NCBI RefSeq assembly: GCF_006345805.1
Contig: NC_043013.1
Span: forward strand, 21,700,001-21,764,000
Direction of reading: 5' to 3'
DNA length: 64,000 nt
Origin: Octopus sinensis
Taxonomy: Eukaryota
Shown here: positions 38,442 through 52,194 of the stretch, piece after piece
How the letters are laid out: every line of letters begins with the position of its first letter
How positions within the stretch are numbered: position 1 is the stretch's first letter
Position numbers and translations under genes: made by a program
The notes under the pieces: generated by a model
Databases searched by the model: none
What the model was told of the DNA's origin: nothing
What the model saw: the letters and a program-made list of their open reading frames with translations, nothing else

Positions 38442-40039
38442 CTGTTTAATGAAAATGACTGCGAATGAGTTTTAAATGTTGTTTAATTAATTCTATTATT
38501 TAAATGATTCACAAGTTATATACTATAATGTTTAACGGTTGTCTGTTGTAAAGAATGTCCCCTAATACCAGCACTTTGTTTTATTTAACAAAATGCTTAC
38601 AAGCTGACGGAAAACTGAATTATCACCAATGGAAATTATGTTAAGAATTGAATTCGTCATAATACGAGATTTATCTTGAGTTTTCTTTTCATCTAATTTA
38701 ATTAGGAAAGGAAAATATTTTCCTCCACTGAACTTATAAATTAAAGTTTTGAGTAGTGATTTTCATAATTTTCATAGATATATGTCTATATTTTGATATA
38801 AATTTACTTACGTCCATTTCCAAATGTCAGTGAGATGTAGAAGAGAACTGCAACGAAAATTTATTTTGGAAAAAAATTTCATATTTCATATTCACGTTTA
38901 GCATTAATTTACAAAGAATGAAGATGAAAGGAATATGAAAGAGAAGTGCTACAAGCATAATTCAGTAACAAATACGGCGATGACCACCACTACATCACCA
39001 TAAAATTATCCATTGAAATAATGAGGGAGAGCGACAAATTGGAGAGGGGTAGAAAGAGAGGGAACAGAAGAGAGAGGGATAGGAGGAGTGAGGGTGAGAT
39101 AAAAAGAGAGAGGAGCAAAAATAGAAAAAGAGGAAGAAAGAAAAAGAAATGTTATTTGTTTCAAACGAGATCAGAAGCATCAGTATTTCTTGGAAGAGAA
39201 CATTCTAGACACTTCAGAGACTTTAGTGAAAGTATTACGTATAACTTGCTCGTAATACTTTTTATAAAGGCGAGTTACCACTTTTATAACGGGTTGATTC
39301 TATCTTATTTACAGAGTGATTATTGTCCTGAGTAGACTTTTCTAAGTCCACGTCGGCTTGTCACCAATATATAAGGTTGTGTTAGATTATCTGGTGTAGA
39401 GTATTTTTGACTTGGAAAAGGTAATAAATATAGATGTTTACTGAGTAGAATTCTATGGTGATAAACCATTCACTTATAACATAACTATAAGTGTTACCAC
39501 TATACATAAATCTTAACTCAGGCTGCGTAAACACCGTGATGAATTATACACCAAGACGCTGAAACGTACATGTTGAAAGGTCACCGCTATAATAACAGTT
39601 TCATGGATACAGAAATAAATCTCATTAACAGGTTGAAGAAAAGGAAGAAAGAGAAATTATTTACTAAATTAGTTTATTTATGTACATTTAATATTTACAG
39701 TACATTTAGAATTCAAAGAAAATTGTCGTAGAGAGTTACGACATAAAATTTATATTAACTAATTCTTCCATACTAAACTACCAGAGTTTTACACAACGAT
39801 TCAAAATAGTCTTGTTGGATTTAAGTAATAGAGATGGCATAAAATAGGCAATAACTCAAGAGAGTGAGTGTCGTGGAAATGAGTGACAACCAACGAACAC
39901 TGAGGGTGAGTGTCGTGGAGTCTAGTAACAACCAACGATCCCTGATTAATTTTGATCTCACTGGACAAGGGATAGGCATAGTTCAGAAGATTTAGGTCAT
40001 GTTAATATTCACCCATTTTATATATATACGCCATTTGGT

Positions 40040-40370
40040 CTCAACTCTCCCCCCTCCTCATCTAACCCCCCTCTCCCCCTCCTCATCTAACCTCCCCCCG
40101 ACCCCTCCTTCTCTTCAGGCCTTCATCCTTCCCTACTCCTCTTCCCTTCTTCCCTCTTCCCCTTCCCTCTTTCTCTCTGCTCCCTCACTCCCCTTCTCTC
40201 TCTCTCCCCCTCTCCCTCTATCCTCCCTCCTCATCTCCCCTCCCCTCTTCTCCTCTCCTTCCTTCTCCCCTTCCACCTCCTCTTCTCCCCTTTCCTTCTC
40301 CCCTTTATTTCTCCCCCCGCCCCTCCCCTCCCCTCCCCCTCCCCCTCTTCCCTCATCTCCTCTCTCTACA
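40040..40370. repeat. Polypyrimidine (CT-rich) low-complexity tract
   Basis: Direct; explains the Pro/Ser/Leu ORF 39999-40439 and the G/E/R ORF. Confidence 0.9.
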
Positions 40371-40489
40371 CTACACCATACGACTTTACACATCACATCA
40401 TATATACATACACACGTCCAGACCTCTCATACGCACTAATACTCTCTCATACACACACACACACACTCTTCTCATACACACACACACTC

Positions 40490-40820
40490 TTATGTTGGAG
40501 CGAGGTCATTTAACCCTATTATCTCCCCTAATTTCGCTCTTGCGTCTCACGTTTGATCTTTGACTTCTGGCCGAAATCAGATCGCCATGTTGATTCGCTA
40601 GCCTCTGCACGCATATTTTTTTTCTCTCCTTCTTTCTGTGTTTTTTCTCTGTGTATCTTTCTGTTGAAGAGCGTAGGCTCGAAACGTTAAAGACTAGTTT
40701 TATTTATATTCCTGAGCGCCATACTAATACAATTGTTTGTTTGTATTCCACCTGCCTTCGTCTTTTGTTTATTTCCGTAAACCTGCCTTCGTCTTTTGTC
40801 TATTTTCATAAAGCTTCCCT
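40490..40820 (+). mobile_element. Penelope-type pseudo-LTR-like element with degenerate hammerhead motif (40656-40693)
   Basis: TCTTT CTGTTGA a GAGC gtag GCTC GAAA cgtt AAAGA; 3' flank ttcctgagcg resembles 22398-22410. Confidence 0.45.
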
Positions 40821-41996
40821 ATATATATATGTATATATATATAAGCATGTATGTATGCATATGTATGTATGTGTGTATGTGTGTATGTATGAATGTATGT
40901 ATACATACATATATGTATATTCATTTTAATATATATGTATACTCATGTGTATATATATGTGCATACATATAAAAACACACATACACATATACATACATAC
41001 ATACATACATACATACATGTATAATTGCATAAGTTGGAGTAACAAGAAGGAATACGAAGGATCATTTATTTGTAAACTCTAAAATTGATTCCACGCACCG
41101 CAGTCTTTCATTTTGGCAGGAATTTGGTTATGCAAACGTCTCTCTTCATTGAGAATTCTTGTTGTGTCAACGGGTCATCTGCATGTAGCATTATTAAGAT
41201 ATGGCCACATGACGATTGTTCCTTGTGGTACTCAGTGGTGAATAAAAAATTGATTAATTGGTATAAACTGGTATTAATAAAGGAGTATTGAGGCAAAGGA
41301 ACATGTTAATTATATATAAAGAAAATTATAATCTAAGCAGGTTTTTTTATACGTAATGAATATACCAGTATAGTATGAATTTATAGAGATACAAAAAATA
41401 GATTAATTTTATAAATAAAGGCTAATTATAATATAATTAAGAAATACAATAAAATGATCAAGTAGGGCAAAACACCATAGAAAAGGAAATAAAATAGCTT
41501 AATTACTAAAACTTATGGTAATGTATATGTAGCTTATTAACACCAATAGAGAAGATTTTTAGAAAAAAGTATAATAATTCAAAATATATTAGACTAAAAT
41601 TTATATATTTACTTATTTAGGTAATATCAATAAAAGTCTGATGTTTGATGTCACCTAAAAGAATATTTAAGTTATGAAACAATCATATTTTACGCTAATC
41701 TTTTTTTCTAAATAAAGGGTTATATCATAGATTTAAGAAGTTAATATTGTTACTTCCTTCATGATATTTATAGTTTCTTAGTTGTACTTGTTTAGAAGGG
41801 TTATTTATATAAAGGCCCTTGTAAATACTAAGATCAGGAAAATAGAGCCATTTAAGAAAGAGATAAATCAAGTAATTTCTAAAGATCTTTTCAAACAATA
41901 TTGTCTTATTGTATAAAGTTAAAATTTAGGGTAATCAAGAAGATTATTAAGAATGAAATTTTAATATAAGGATAAAACTTCTTTGAATATTTGGAG

Positions 41997-42516
41997 TACC
42001 TTAACTCCTCGAGTATAGTCCGCCTTTGAGTATAAAACGCAGGGGATTTGGGAGGGGGTGCTGTACCTCTGAAAAACCTAAACCTTGTGTATAATATGCA
42101 CTCCTTCTCTAACTTGAGTCAAGGAGGTCTATATAACATCCTTGGTTTGTAAACATGTATACGGTAATGTCTTTTATTATTATTGTATATATAACATTGT
42201 GCGAACGTGTAGCTTTTTTTGTGCATTTTGTTTGCAGAAAATAAAGAAATAACAGTAATAACGTTTAATAAATGTTGCTTACTGCAAGTTATGGATGATT
42301 CTTTTATGACTTCATTGCTTTCAGGTTTAGCTTAAGGTATTTTCACGCCCGACATCACAAAATGCGTCTGAATAAACATAGCCAGACAGCAAATAGAGAC
42401 TCGGACATAGCTTAGAAAATAGTTTTCATTTTTAACCTCGTATACAGTACGCACTAGGTATTTTGACCTTTAAATTTTAGGAAAAAAAATGCGGATATAC
42501 TCGAGGATTTACGTTA
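41997..42516. mobile_element. pogo/Tigger-type MITE
   Basis: Imperfect TIRs TA|ccttaactcctcgagtatagtccgc ... gcggatatactcgaggatttacgt|TA; no ORF. Confidence 0.7.
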
Positions 42517-43055
42517 TATACCAAAGGTTTACCAAAATAGAGAGAGTAAAAGAAAATTGCATTACTTTTGATTATCCTTGTTGCATAATTTGATTTTAAT
42601 CACCTTACTTTGAAATTGTATAGATAATACCGTAATAAATTCTGGTCCCTCAACTTAAGTACCATATTCATCTGAACTCATATATATATAAAGTGTGTTC
42701 TTGTAGGGTCTCAGGCGCGATGGCTAAACTCTTAAAAAATAAAAGCTTATATTAATAATACAATAAAACATTTACTTACAAATAATTTGAAGATAATTCC
42801 TCCTCAACATTCTTTCTGTTTTCTAGGTAGAAATAGCTGTCAAGAGCGAGATGTTACTTGTTTGAATTTATCCTCTTAATGAAGGATAATCGTTATATGA
42901 ACTTCGTATCGATTTATCACTATTAGGTGGCATTGTATTCCACAACTGAAGTGTTTGTATCTATTCAATACACTTTATAAAGATACTCCGGGTGAAAAGG
43001 TATTGACTTAACGATTGAGATGGCATAAGATCACCAGATGATACATACATACATG

Positions 43056-43094
<39 letters not shown>

Positions 43095-43095
<1 letters not shown>

Positions 43096-44968
43096 TCAAT
43101 AAATGGTGGGGTTGTGTTGACCGCACGTGGAGAAATGATAAGTAAGGAAAAATTTATAAAAAAAAACAGAATGCTCAAATGAAAGAAAATTTTAATAAAA
43201 TGAGAAAATGATAAAATATATAAATATATATTTATTCAACCGGTTTTCGTCATTGTATGACTTGTCAAGAATATTTATGTTTTAAGAAGTTATTTTAAAA
43301 ATTAGAAATGGGAAAAAAAGAAAATTGCATTGTTTTTTGTAAAAGAATAATGATAAAAATGTACAAAAATTAAAAAATAAGTTCTCCGATACATTGTGAG
43401 TTCGTTGTGTATCTTGAGTTTTATGGTTGTTTACCAAAAAATTACCTTGAGGTGTTAAGATCCAAAGGGATTAAGAGCATGTGATGTGTTGTGTTGTTAA
43501 ATTCAGCATGTTGCAGGACAGGAAGTAGTAGTAATTGTGATCCTGGTTCTTCAGTTCCTGTGTTGTGGGTAAGGGGAGACAACTCTTTTGAGTTCTTCAA
43601 TAAAACCCAAATTATAAAACTATCATTTTAGCTTCATTTGCATTATCTTTTTTATATAATTGCTTGTTAACTTAACTTTCAGATTTTAACACTTTATTTA
43701 TATTATTTTCTAATAATATAAATCTGCATAGACAATTGCATTTCAAATTGTCATATCATTTATAATAAAAATGATAGTAATAACAACAATAGTAAAAATG
43801 ATATTTAAAGAATATAAGTTTTAGCTTGAAGTGATGAATGCATGGTATCTTTATATATTTGTGTTAGTCCATCCATGAAGAGTGAGGTAGAGAAAGGAAG
43901 TTTGATCAACGAGGAGTTTGCATATTAAGTTGTGTTTGGAATTTTTCAATAAAGAGATTCTCCTTGTTAATTCTCTCCTGTGTGGTGATCCCGTCTTTAC
44001 ATTGGTAGAAGGGGAATATATAGAATTTGGGGTTTAAGTCTTTAGCACATGAGTCTAAGTGGTCACTCAGTGGAATTTGTCGGTATTCCGGAAGGTTTAT
44101 TTGTTCTTTATGCACCGTTACTCGTTTACGTAACGGGAGACTCGTTTGTCCAACATAATTATGTTGGCAACCAGCGCATGTGAGAACGTAGATAAGGTTC
44201 TCGGAGGAACAGGAGAAGTTAGTCTTGATTTTAAACTTCGTACCTTGTTTGAAGGTAAATTCAGAGCCTTCAAGTAGAAAGGGGCAGGTACCACAGTTTG
44301 AGCGTGCACATTTTTTTACTGTTGGGGGTGGATGTGGTGTGTGAAGTTTGGCATTTGTCAAGAGTTTTTTTAAAGATTTGTGTTGCCTTTTGCATTTGAG
44401 GATTTTGTGTGTATTTATAATGTTTTTCATTTTTGGGTCTGTTGACAGTAGACTGAGGTTTTGTATGATTGTGGTGTATGCTTCGATATTTTTGGGGTTG
44501 TGGGTGGAAATGTATGGAAGTATTTTGAGGTTGTGTGTGGTGTTAGGTTGGGTGGTTTTCAGTGTAGTGTTGTCTAGTTCTTTGGCGCGTTTTATTCCAT
44601 ACTCTATAAGGGTGGAGGGATATTGACGTTGTAATAGTGTTTTTTTGAGGTCTTGAAGGCGTATTTCTCGTGTTTTTGGATCCGAGACAATGGTGCATAC
44701 CCTTTTAGCTAAATTGAAAGGGATATTTGTCTTGGTGTGTTTTGGGTGGCATGAACTAAAGAGGAGGTATTGTTGTGAGTCTGTAGGTTTGTGGTAGATG
44801 TCTGTTATGATTTGGTTCTTAGGTGTTTTTATAATTAGGAGATCAAGGAATGGGAGATGATGTTTGCTTAATTCCATAGTGAATTGGATGTTGGGATGTA
44901 TGTTGTTTAGTATGGTTTTGAATTCCAGGAGTTTTTCATAAGGTTCTTTCCATATGATGAAACAATCA

Positions 44969-44972
<4 letters not shown>
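43095..44972 (-). mobile_element. 5'-truncated Penelope-like element (RT C-terminus + GIY-YIG)
   Basis: ORF 43906-44877 (LPFLDLLI, IYHKPT, CxxC, LIYVLTCAGCQHNYVGQT), preceded in frame by DDCFIIW (RT catalytic motif cut at the TA array); (TA)n on both sides; HHR motif 43233-43273. Confidence 0.9.
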
Positions 44973-45050
<78 letters not shown>

Positions 45051-45195
45051 AATATATATATATATAAATGAAAGAATGGAGTCAAACGACGATTTAACAA
45101 AATTCTTTTATTCTCGACATATGTTCTCTGACGTGAATTTGCTACCCGGGTATCGGTTAACCGAATTATCCATACTAGGATAATTCATTCAACTA

Positions 45196-45253
<58 letters not shown>

Positions 45254-45849
45254 TATATACATATGTGTGGTTGTCTGTGTATGTGTGTGTGCTTTTGCAT
45301 GTGTATGCGTAAGCATGTTTATACTACTACACAAAAATACCAGCAACTTTATCAAAAACTATGAAAGCAACCATTGATAAATTTCGTATCTAAAGACTTT
45401 GGCGTTTTTCATTTTTTTAAATTCCAATAATTCTTAAATGTGACATTTCCCGCTGTGAGTTGAAACTAAAGGGTCGCACTCATTTATAAAGTATATTTCC
45501 ACTTGTGTTATTAAAACGATGACAGCTATTTCATGCCAACTCATATCGCACAATATCAGCTGTTTTAAGATCGTCAAAAAATACGAGCTCCTTCAACATG
45601 TAACAATAACAATCTCAGATAAACTATTTCTTTTTGCTTTGGATTTGGAAACTAAAGTCTTGAAATAATTCTCTCTTCTCATCTCTCGTGTAGTTTCCAA
45701 ACAGTCATCCCTTTGTCACACACATAATGATAAGGAATATCAATATGCAACCGGCGTCTTGTATTTACTAAGGACAAACCATGATGGTAGAGGCGTGTTA
45801 CAACGGGCAGCTCTTCTCTCTCTCTAACGCGTCTTTCTCATTACTTTCT

Positions 45850-47750
45850 CTGTAAAAGACAGATTCTTGCTGTTGCACTGGCAGCGAGTATAACAGTATG
45901 GGATCTGTTATATATTTTCATCATGTACAACTTCAACGTCCATCTTCCTTTTACTTATATTAAAATTAATGTTTTTGTAGCATTTATAGAGTTACTTGAA
46001 TATGTATTTCATTGACTTGGTAGTCGGACATATTTGCATATTTACATGCGCTTTGAAAGTACGACATTGGTCCTTTCTATTGAGGACTAGACACCTATTA
46101 TGAACTTTAATAACTTGCATTGTCCCATCTTGGCGTCACCTGTAGCATGGATAACCATTGCCATTGGCTCTTGTTTCTTCAAGAAATTCGCTAGGAATCT
46201 TCTTTGACATTGTCTGTTCACCATGCAACATCCTCTCAGGTGTCTTTCACTCTCAGGTCCATGCTTCATGCGTGTTGTTTTAGAATATCATGAAACGAAT
46301 GCTCAGTTTCTACGACAGAAACGTCGCTGCTGCAAACAATCTGATCTATTTGCAACGAGTCATCTGCATGTAATATTATTTTATATACTTGTGTTCGATA
46401 TATAATTTAACAACTTCTCGCTACTATTACTATTACCTGAGATTCAACGCTCTTAATCACAGCTCACAGTGAACTGCTTACCAACTTGAACTGCCAATCG
46501 CTCACAGTTCTTTATTTTATAACAATGAGTCAGACCACCTTCAGTTACATGGTAGGTGGTCAGAATCTTTCCATAACATCTTCTCTTTTAAGAATTAGTC
46601 TCCCTCACCTCTCTCCGACCAGTAATAACATTTTTCCAATTTGTTTAATCATTACACCATCTTCCCAGTTTTCTTTACCATATCTATAGGTTTTAAGTAA
46701 AACTTTGTCACCAAAGTAGAAGAATTTTGAAGTAATTTTGTTGTTCGCCTTTGTTTTTAATTTTCACTCGGTATCAACTTATCAAAGACGGATGTGACCT
46801 TTCTAGCAAACATCGGTTCTGCGGGTGACATTTCCGGTGGTATATTTGGATCAACTATTAATCGGTTCATTCAAATAAGGCCGTATTAATCTAATTTTTT
46901 CGAGTACATATCTTACGTGTTCTACGTGTTGATCCCTGGAATCGTTTTTTATAGGATTATATTATCCAGGTATGGAGGTAAAAATTCACAGTCCGCTAAT
47001 ATTGCATCCAAAATCTGTCGAAAAATTGCTGTCGTGACTTTTAAGCCAAATTGTAACCTGTTGTATTTATACAGTCTTTCCTGTGTGTTAATTGTTATGT
47101 ATTTAGAGCATTCATCGTCTACTCTAATTTGTAGGTACGCGTCAGAAAGATCCAATTTAGAAAACATCTTGACACCGTTTAATTAAAAAAAAAAAGAATT
47201 TTAGTTCGTCTGACGACTTATTGTGCTAGGGGAAAATACCACTCACAATCTTGGAGATAAGATCTGTAAGAAGGTCCCATAAGCTATCCAACCACGCCAT
47301 ATAACCAGCAAATTCAGTCCCAAACACTCGTGCTCTTAAAATGAAAATATCGTTCTTGAATAATAGGTTTAAGATTAAGTAAAAACATGACAAAAATAAA
47401 CCAAATGGTTGTATCAAAACTGCACGTTTGAATGAGGAAACTTCTGTAAAGATGTCCGACTCGCGAGATTTGGCAAACATATTTTCTACATAACACTCTT
47501 TACCATCTTCTAAAATAAAACACATTGGATAACATTATTTGAAATATATATTATGTTCTAAAAAAGAAGAAAGATTTTAGAAGCTTGTTTTGAAAAAGAA
47601 TGCAAACAAAATAAAGATAATATTTGGTTTGACACTTGCAGGCAACAATAGAAACTAACCCGAAAGGTCAACCGACCATCTCTAAGCATTTGAATTTTCG
47701 AATTGAGATTTTGATAAAAAGATAGGAAAATCGAAAGTGTTGGCATTGAC
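45850..47750 (-). mobile_element. Degenerate Gypsy LTR-retrotransposon gag/pol remnant
   Basis: FSKLDLSDAYLQI...INT...YKYNRLQFGLKVTTAIFRQILD...YLDNIIL is a Gypsy RT signature; many stops. Confidence 0.75.
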
Positions 47751-48344
47751 AACTTTCAAAATATTTGGTGTTTTCATTTGACGTAATGCACAGAGAAATC
47801 AGGCCGGCATTCAACAGTTTCGAACAATCTAGACCAAGTTCTTAGCTTCTTATAAGAAGTAGAATAATGATCCGAAACAAAAGATTAATAGACGACTCAT
47901 CAACATTCATTACATACTACATAAAATATCCGATATCCAACGACCATATATTCACGAATGAGAGTTTAGTTTAGGAATATTGATTATTAGGTATTATGTA
48001 GGTCAAAGTTAGTTAATTGAAAGCCTTGTAACTAACAACACTGTTGATCATAAAATCTCTATGAAGTGAATAATAAATAACCTTCCTAATTGATTAATAT
48101 CATCAATTAATCAATGAATATCTGTTAATTGCAAGAAAAAAACACAGAGTCAATATCTGTTAATTGCAAATACAAAGACAGAGTCAATCCTGGGTTTATA
48201 CCATACCATTGTAAAAGAATATATTGAACAAAGGATGTTTAACATTATTGATATCGCCTAAGTGTATCTCGGAGTTGTAAACAAGGTAACACCAGAACAG
48301 GATACTTCGAAACAGGTGAACACTCTTTAACATATTGTAGTAAT

Positions 48345-48530
48345 AAGGTGACGATCTGGCAGAGTCGGTAGTGTGATGGACAAAATACTTCGCGGCATTT
48401 CGTTCGTCTCTACGTTCTGAGTTCAAATTCCACCAAGGTCGACTTCGGCATTTATCGTTTTTGTGAATCGATAAATTAAGTTCCAGTTGAACACGGGGGT
48501 TCATGTAGTCGATTTACCTCCTCCTCCTCC
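48345..48530 (+). mobile_element. tRNA-derived SINE
   Basis: ctggcagagtcggtag...ctgagttcaaattccaccaaggtcgact; same family as 14030. Confidence 0.7.
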
Positions 48531-49559
48531 GAAATTTCTGGGATTGTGCCACAATTCGAAACCAATATACCTTAGTGACAATGGCAGCGAATGGATAGAA
48601 AACGATGAGTTAATGCCCGTTATCACATTCCTCTACGTCTGCATTTCAAATTTGGTCGAACTCGATTTTATCATTTATCCCAGCAGAGTCGGTAAAATAA
48701 GAATCAGTCATACAGTTCAAACGGCTGTTGCCAGTTCATGCATGCATGCATGCATGCATGCATGCATGCATGTATGTATGTATGTATGTATGTATGTATG
48801 TATGTATGTATGTATGTATGTATGTATGTATGTATGTATGTGTGTATGTATGTATGTATGTATGTATGTATGTATGTATGTATGCATGTATGTATGTATG
48901 CATGTATGTATGTATGTATGTATGTATGTATGTATGTATGTATGTATGTATGTATGCTTGTATGTATGTATGTATGTATGCATGTATGTATGCATGTATG
49001 AATGAATGTATGTATGTATATATGTATGTAGGTACGTATGTGTGTATGTATGTCCTTTCTGTATTTAATCATTTAAATTCATCCCCTGAAAAAGGAACTT
49101 GTTTCTAACAAATAGACAAAGCTCCATGTTGGAATGTAGATAACGAAAGCAATGCCACATTTTAAACCTGAGAAAATCTTGTATAGTTTTGCTGTTCCGT
49201 TTATAGATTGTATTTGTAAAGTGTCAATCAATCTGTTGGTTTCTTTTTCTGAAAATCTAAGCTTATCCAGACTGACAGATAAGTATTTATTTTCGAAAAT
49301 CAAGTGCTCCCGTTATTATTGGGATAAATGTACATTTGTAATCCGGATATACAAGTTGGGGGTTTCGGAGCAGTTGTCCATAGTTATCTTCTTTCTCTTT
49401 AATTTTCAAAGAGATATTCACATCAACAGGACGGCTGACCTCTACCTAACGGAGACCACCTCTACCTACAATGAAAACAAGGCGGCAGAGACTTAACATC
49501 GATCCAGACCGACTTTGAATGTCGTATTAAAATCCCTTCAGCAAGATCTTTTAACCACC

Positions 49560-50350
49560 AAATATTGAAGTGCATCACTTGGCCACATTTGCATACACGA
49601 GGCAGATAACACTCTTTGTCTGATAATCTAGAATATATGTCCAAAATGTCGCACGACTCTACAGCAACATGTCATCAAATGAAAGGATGAGCGTATATCA
49701 GCAGAAGATCATGCATGGATATGTTAGCAGAAAGCTTCGGGATGATAGTAACATTGATCATAATAGCAATCAGCCATGGACCAACGACCGGACTACAAAC
49801 TCACACTGACCGCTATGCTTTTGCAATCCAAGAATAGGAAGTATCAAACAAATGCTTGATGCAAAAAAGGCTCAAAGACGCGGATAAAATACCAAACTAT
49901 GATAACCGATGCAGACTTTCTGAAGTTAACACCATGCTGTCACCCACATCATAAGCAGTTGTTCGAAGATGTCATCGCGGTATTACCAACCGATGTGATA
50001 TGATGTGATTAAGACACTGTATAACAAGATCCGTCGGAAGGATAACCATGACACCAAAGAAATAATAATCCACAGTTTGGTAGAGGCCATAGTCACTCAT
50101 AATAAGAAGGAGTTCTGATGAAATGTCCCGGTGAAAACCTCAATAAAATTTAAGCATAATCGGACTGACATAGTCATTTGGGATGGAAAAGAGAAACTGT
50201 ATAAAGTTGTGGAAATTAGCTGTTCAGCGGATGTTAACATAAATATCTGCGAAAAAAGAATAACTACGCTGAATTATTGAGAAATATACTGTTACTCTAT
50301 CCCGATTACAAGTTCAGATTTATATCCCTAATTATTGCGGTACCAGAATA
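49560..50350 (+). mobile_element. RLE-type LINE fragment (family 2)
   Basis: HIISSCSKMSSRYYQP, KVVEISCSADVNI...NYAELLRN...YPDYKFRFI. Confidence 0.7.
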
Positions 50351-50954
50351 TATAAAGCACGTTGCCCAAGCGTCAGTCATGAGAAAGTCGAAACAGAAAG
50401 ATGTGGCATATGCTACAGCTGTTTCGCTACTGACTATTGTTTGAGGCTTGCCCTAGTTTTATAGGCGAGTTCATGACTGAAAATAGTATACGTTCTGAAT
50501 CGGATTTGATTGATAGAGGATAGTCACATGACTGGTCTTAGAAACGGATATATGTATATCTTAGAATGTTTTTTAGGTTCCCCGCTGCGTGTGTGCGTTG
50601 GGATCAAGTGACATGTTTGGCACCGTAAGTTAAGGCTGATGCGGTTGATTGAATATGTCCAAATGATCAATGCTTTGAATGTTTTCTGTCAAGTGTTTGA
50701 AAAGAATGAACACGTGATTAAGTTTCTACATTTCCTGCTACGTCCGTGCGTTAGTGTCACGCGACATTATATTTTGTACAAAATGTTTCTCTATATTATG
50801 GCATCAGTAATCTAAGAATTACTAGCTTCAGACTTGTCTAATTCTTAAAATTTACATTAATTTTGCATGAAATAATAGTCATTTCGAAAATTAAACTGCT
50901 CTAAGGCCTTCTACACCGAGTATTTGAGAATATTATCTGTGAAGAACTCTTTGG

Positions 50955-52191
50955 ATATTGAGTAACTTCTGAATTTAATGCACCGGTCCAGACGCGTTTT
51001 CCACTATTCGAAGCAGTCCTGCAATTCGTGATGTCTTTTATCGCCTCCGTCGTCTTTTTTTCTTCAAATCCTTCACATTTGCAAAACATTTTTCTTTTAG
51101 GACTTTTTTCTTTCGGGGCAACAAAAAATTATTACAGGGAGCAAGACCGGGTGAATATGGAGGGTAGGTAAACGAGGTCATGTCATTTTTGGTCAAAAAC
51201 TGTCTCACACTGAAGGCGGTGTACGAAATTTCTTTGTCGTGATGAAACCACCACACTCCACTCTGCCACTGGTCGGGACGTTTTCGTCTCGCCGTGTCTC
51301 GCAAATACCTCGGAACTGCCAAGCAAAATGTCTGGTGAACAGTGTGACCAGGAGGAACAAATACTGTACGGACAATTCATTTCGCATAAATGAAACAAAT
51401 CAGCATCGTCTTGAAGTTGGCCTTCACTTGACGCACTTGACTTGTAGGGCGTGGTGATATTTAATGCTTCCATTGACTTGAGTGCCCTATCGTTTCCGGG
51501 TTGTAGATATAGCACCAGCCTTCGTCGCTAGTGATGGCCTTCTTAAAAAAAATTTTGGATCAACTTCCAACTGTTCTTTCACTTTACGACACGCACTTAG
51601 TCACGACTGATTTTGATCTTCCGTGAGCAAGTGAGTCACAGATTTTGCTGCAACTCTTTCATTCACAATTCCTCGCTAAAAACTCATTGGCAGAAACTCC
51701 AGAACACATCAGTTGTATCAACACGTTCATCAATTGTTCGGCAACGGTCTTCCAAGACCAGTTCACGAATTTTCGTGATGTTTTCATTCGTTCAGGAGGT
51801 CGACGGTGGCCAAGAGGTTGGTCTTCATGCGAAAAGTGACCGTTCCAAAAGCGTGAAATCCTACTCGTAAAATTGTGTTTTGCTCATTGCAGCATCCTTG
51901 TAAGCTGTTCGAAGCATGGCAACTGTTCCGGCCGCTGGTTTCCCCCAGCAAAAAACAGAATGTCTAGGAAGCACGCTGTCCCCTCGTTTCATCCATCGCA
52001 ATAATCGACGAACAAGGGAGAAATACTGCAAGACAAAGACGCACCACGTGACAGTACGACTCTTGACAATGGCGCCAGTCGACAGGCGGATGCCCGAGGG
52101 GCGCATCAAGTGGTTTCTAGCCGTAGAAGCCTAACCTATAGCGGGTATGTCCCACAGACAACGTTCCTTTTACTTTTGGGTACCCTTTGTA
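50955..52191 (-). mobile_element. Degenerate mariner transposon
   Basis: MLRTAYKDAAMSKTQFYE (N-terminus), WWFHHD...VRQFLTKN...YPPYSPGLAPCNNFLLP (YSPDLAP motif), WKTRLDRCI; TIR-like tacaaagggtacccaaaagt ending at 52191. Confidence 0.8.
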
Positions 52192-52194
52192 TTG

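Noticed and set aside
39999-40439. Pro/Ser/Leu-rich 146-aa ORF
   Set aside because: Translation of a CT-rich low-complexity tract.
41300-41990. Very AT-rich stretch as a mitochondrial insertion (numt)
   Set aside because: No recognisable mitochondrial gene, rRNA or tRNA motif.
50370-50482. Nested hairpin (cgaaacag/ctgtttcg, tcagtcatga/tcatgactga) after a LINE 3' end
   Set aside because: No ribozyme core recognised; probably 3' UTR structure or a MITE remnant and not assignable by eye.
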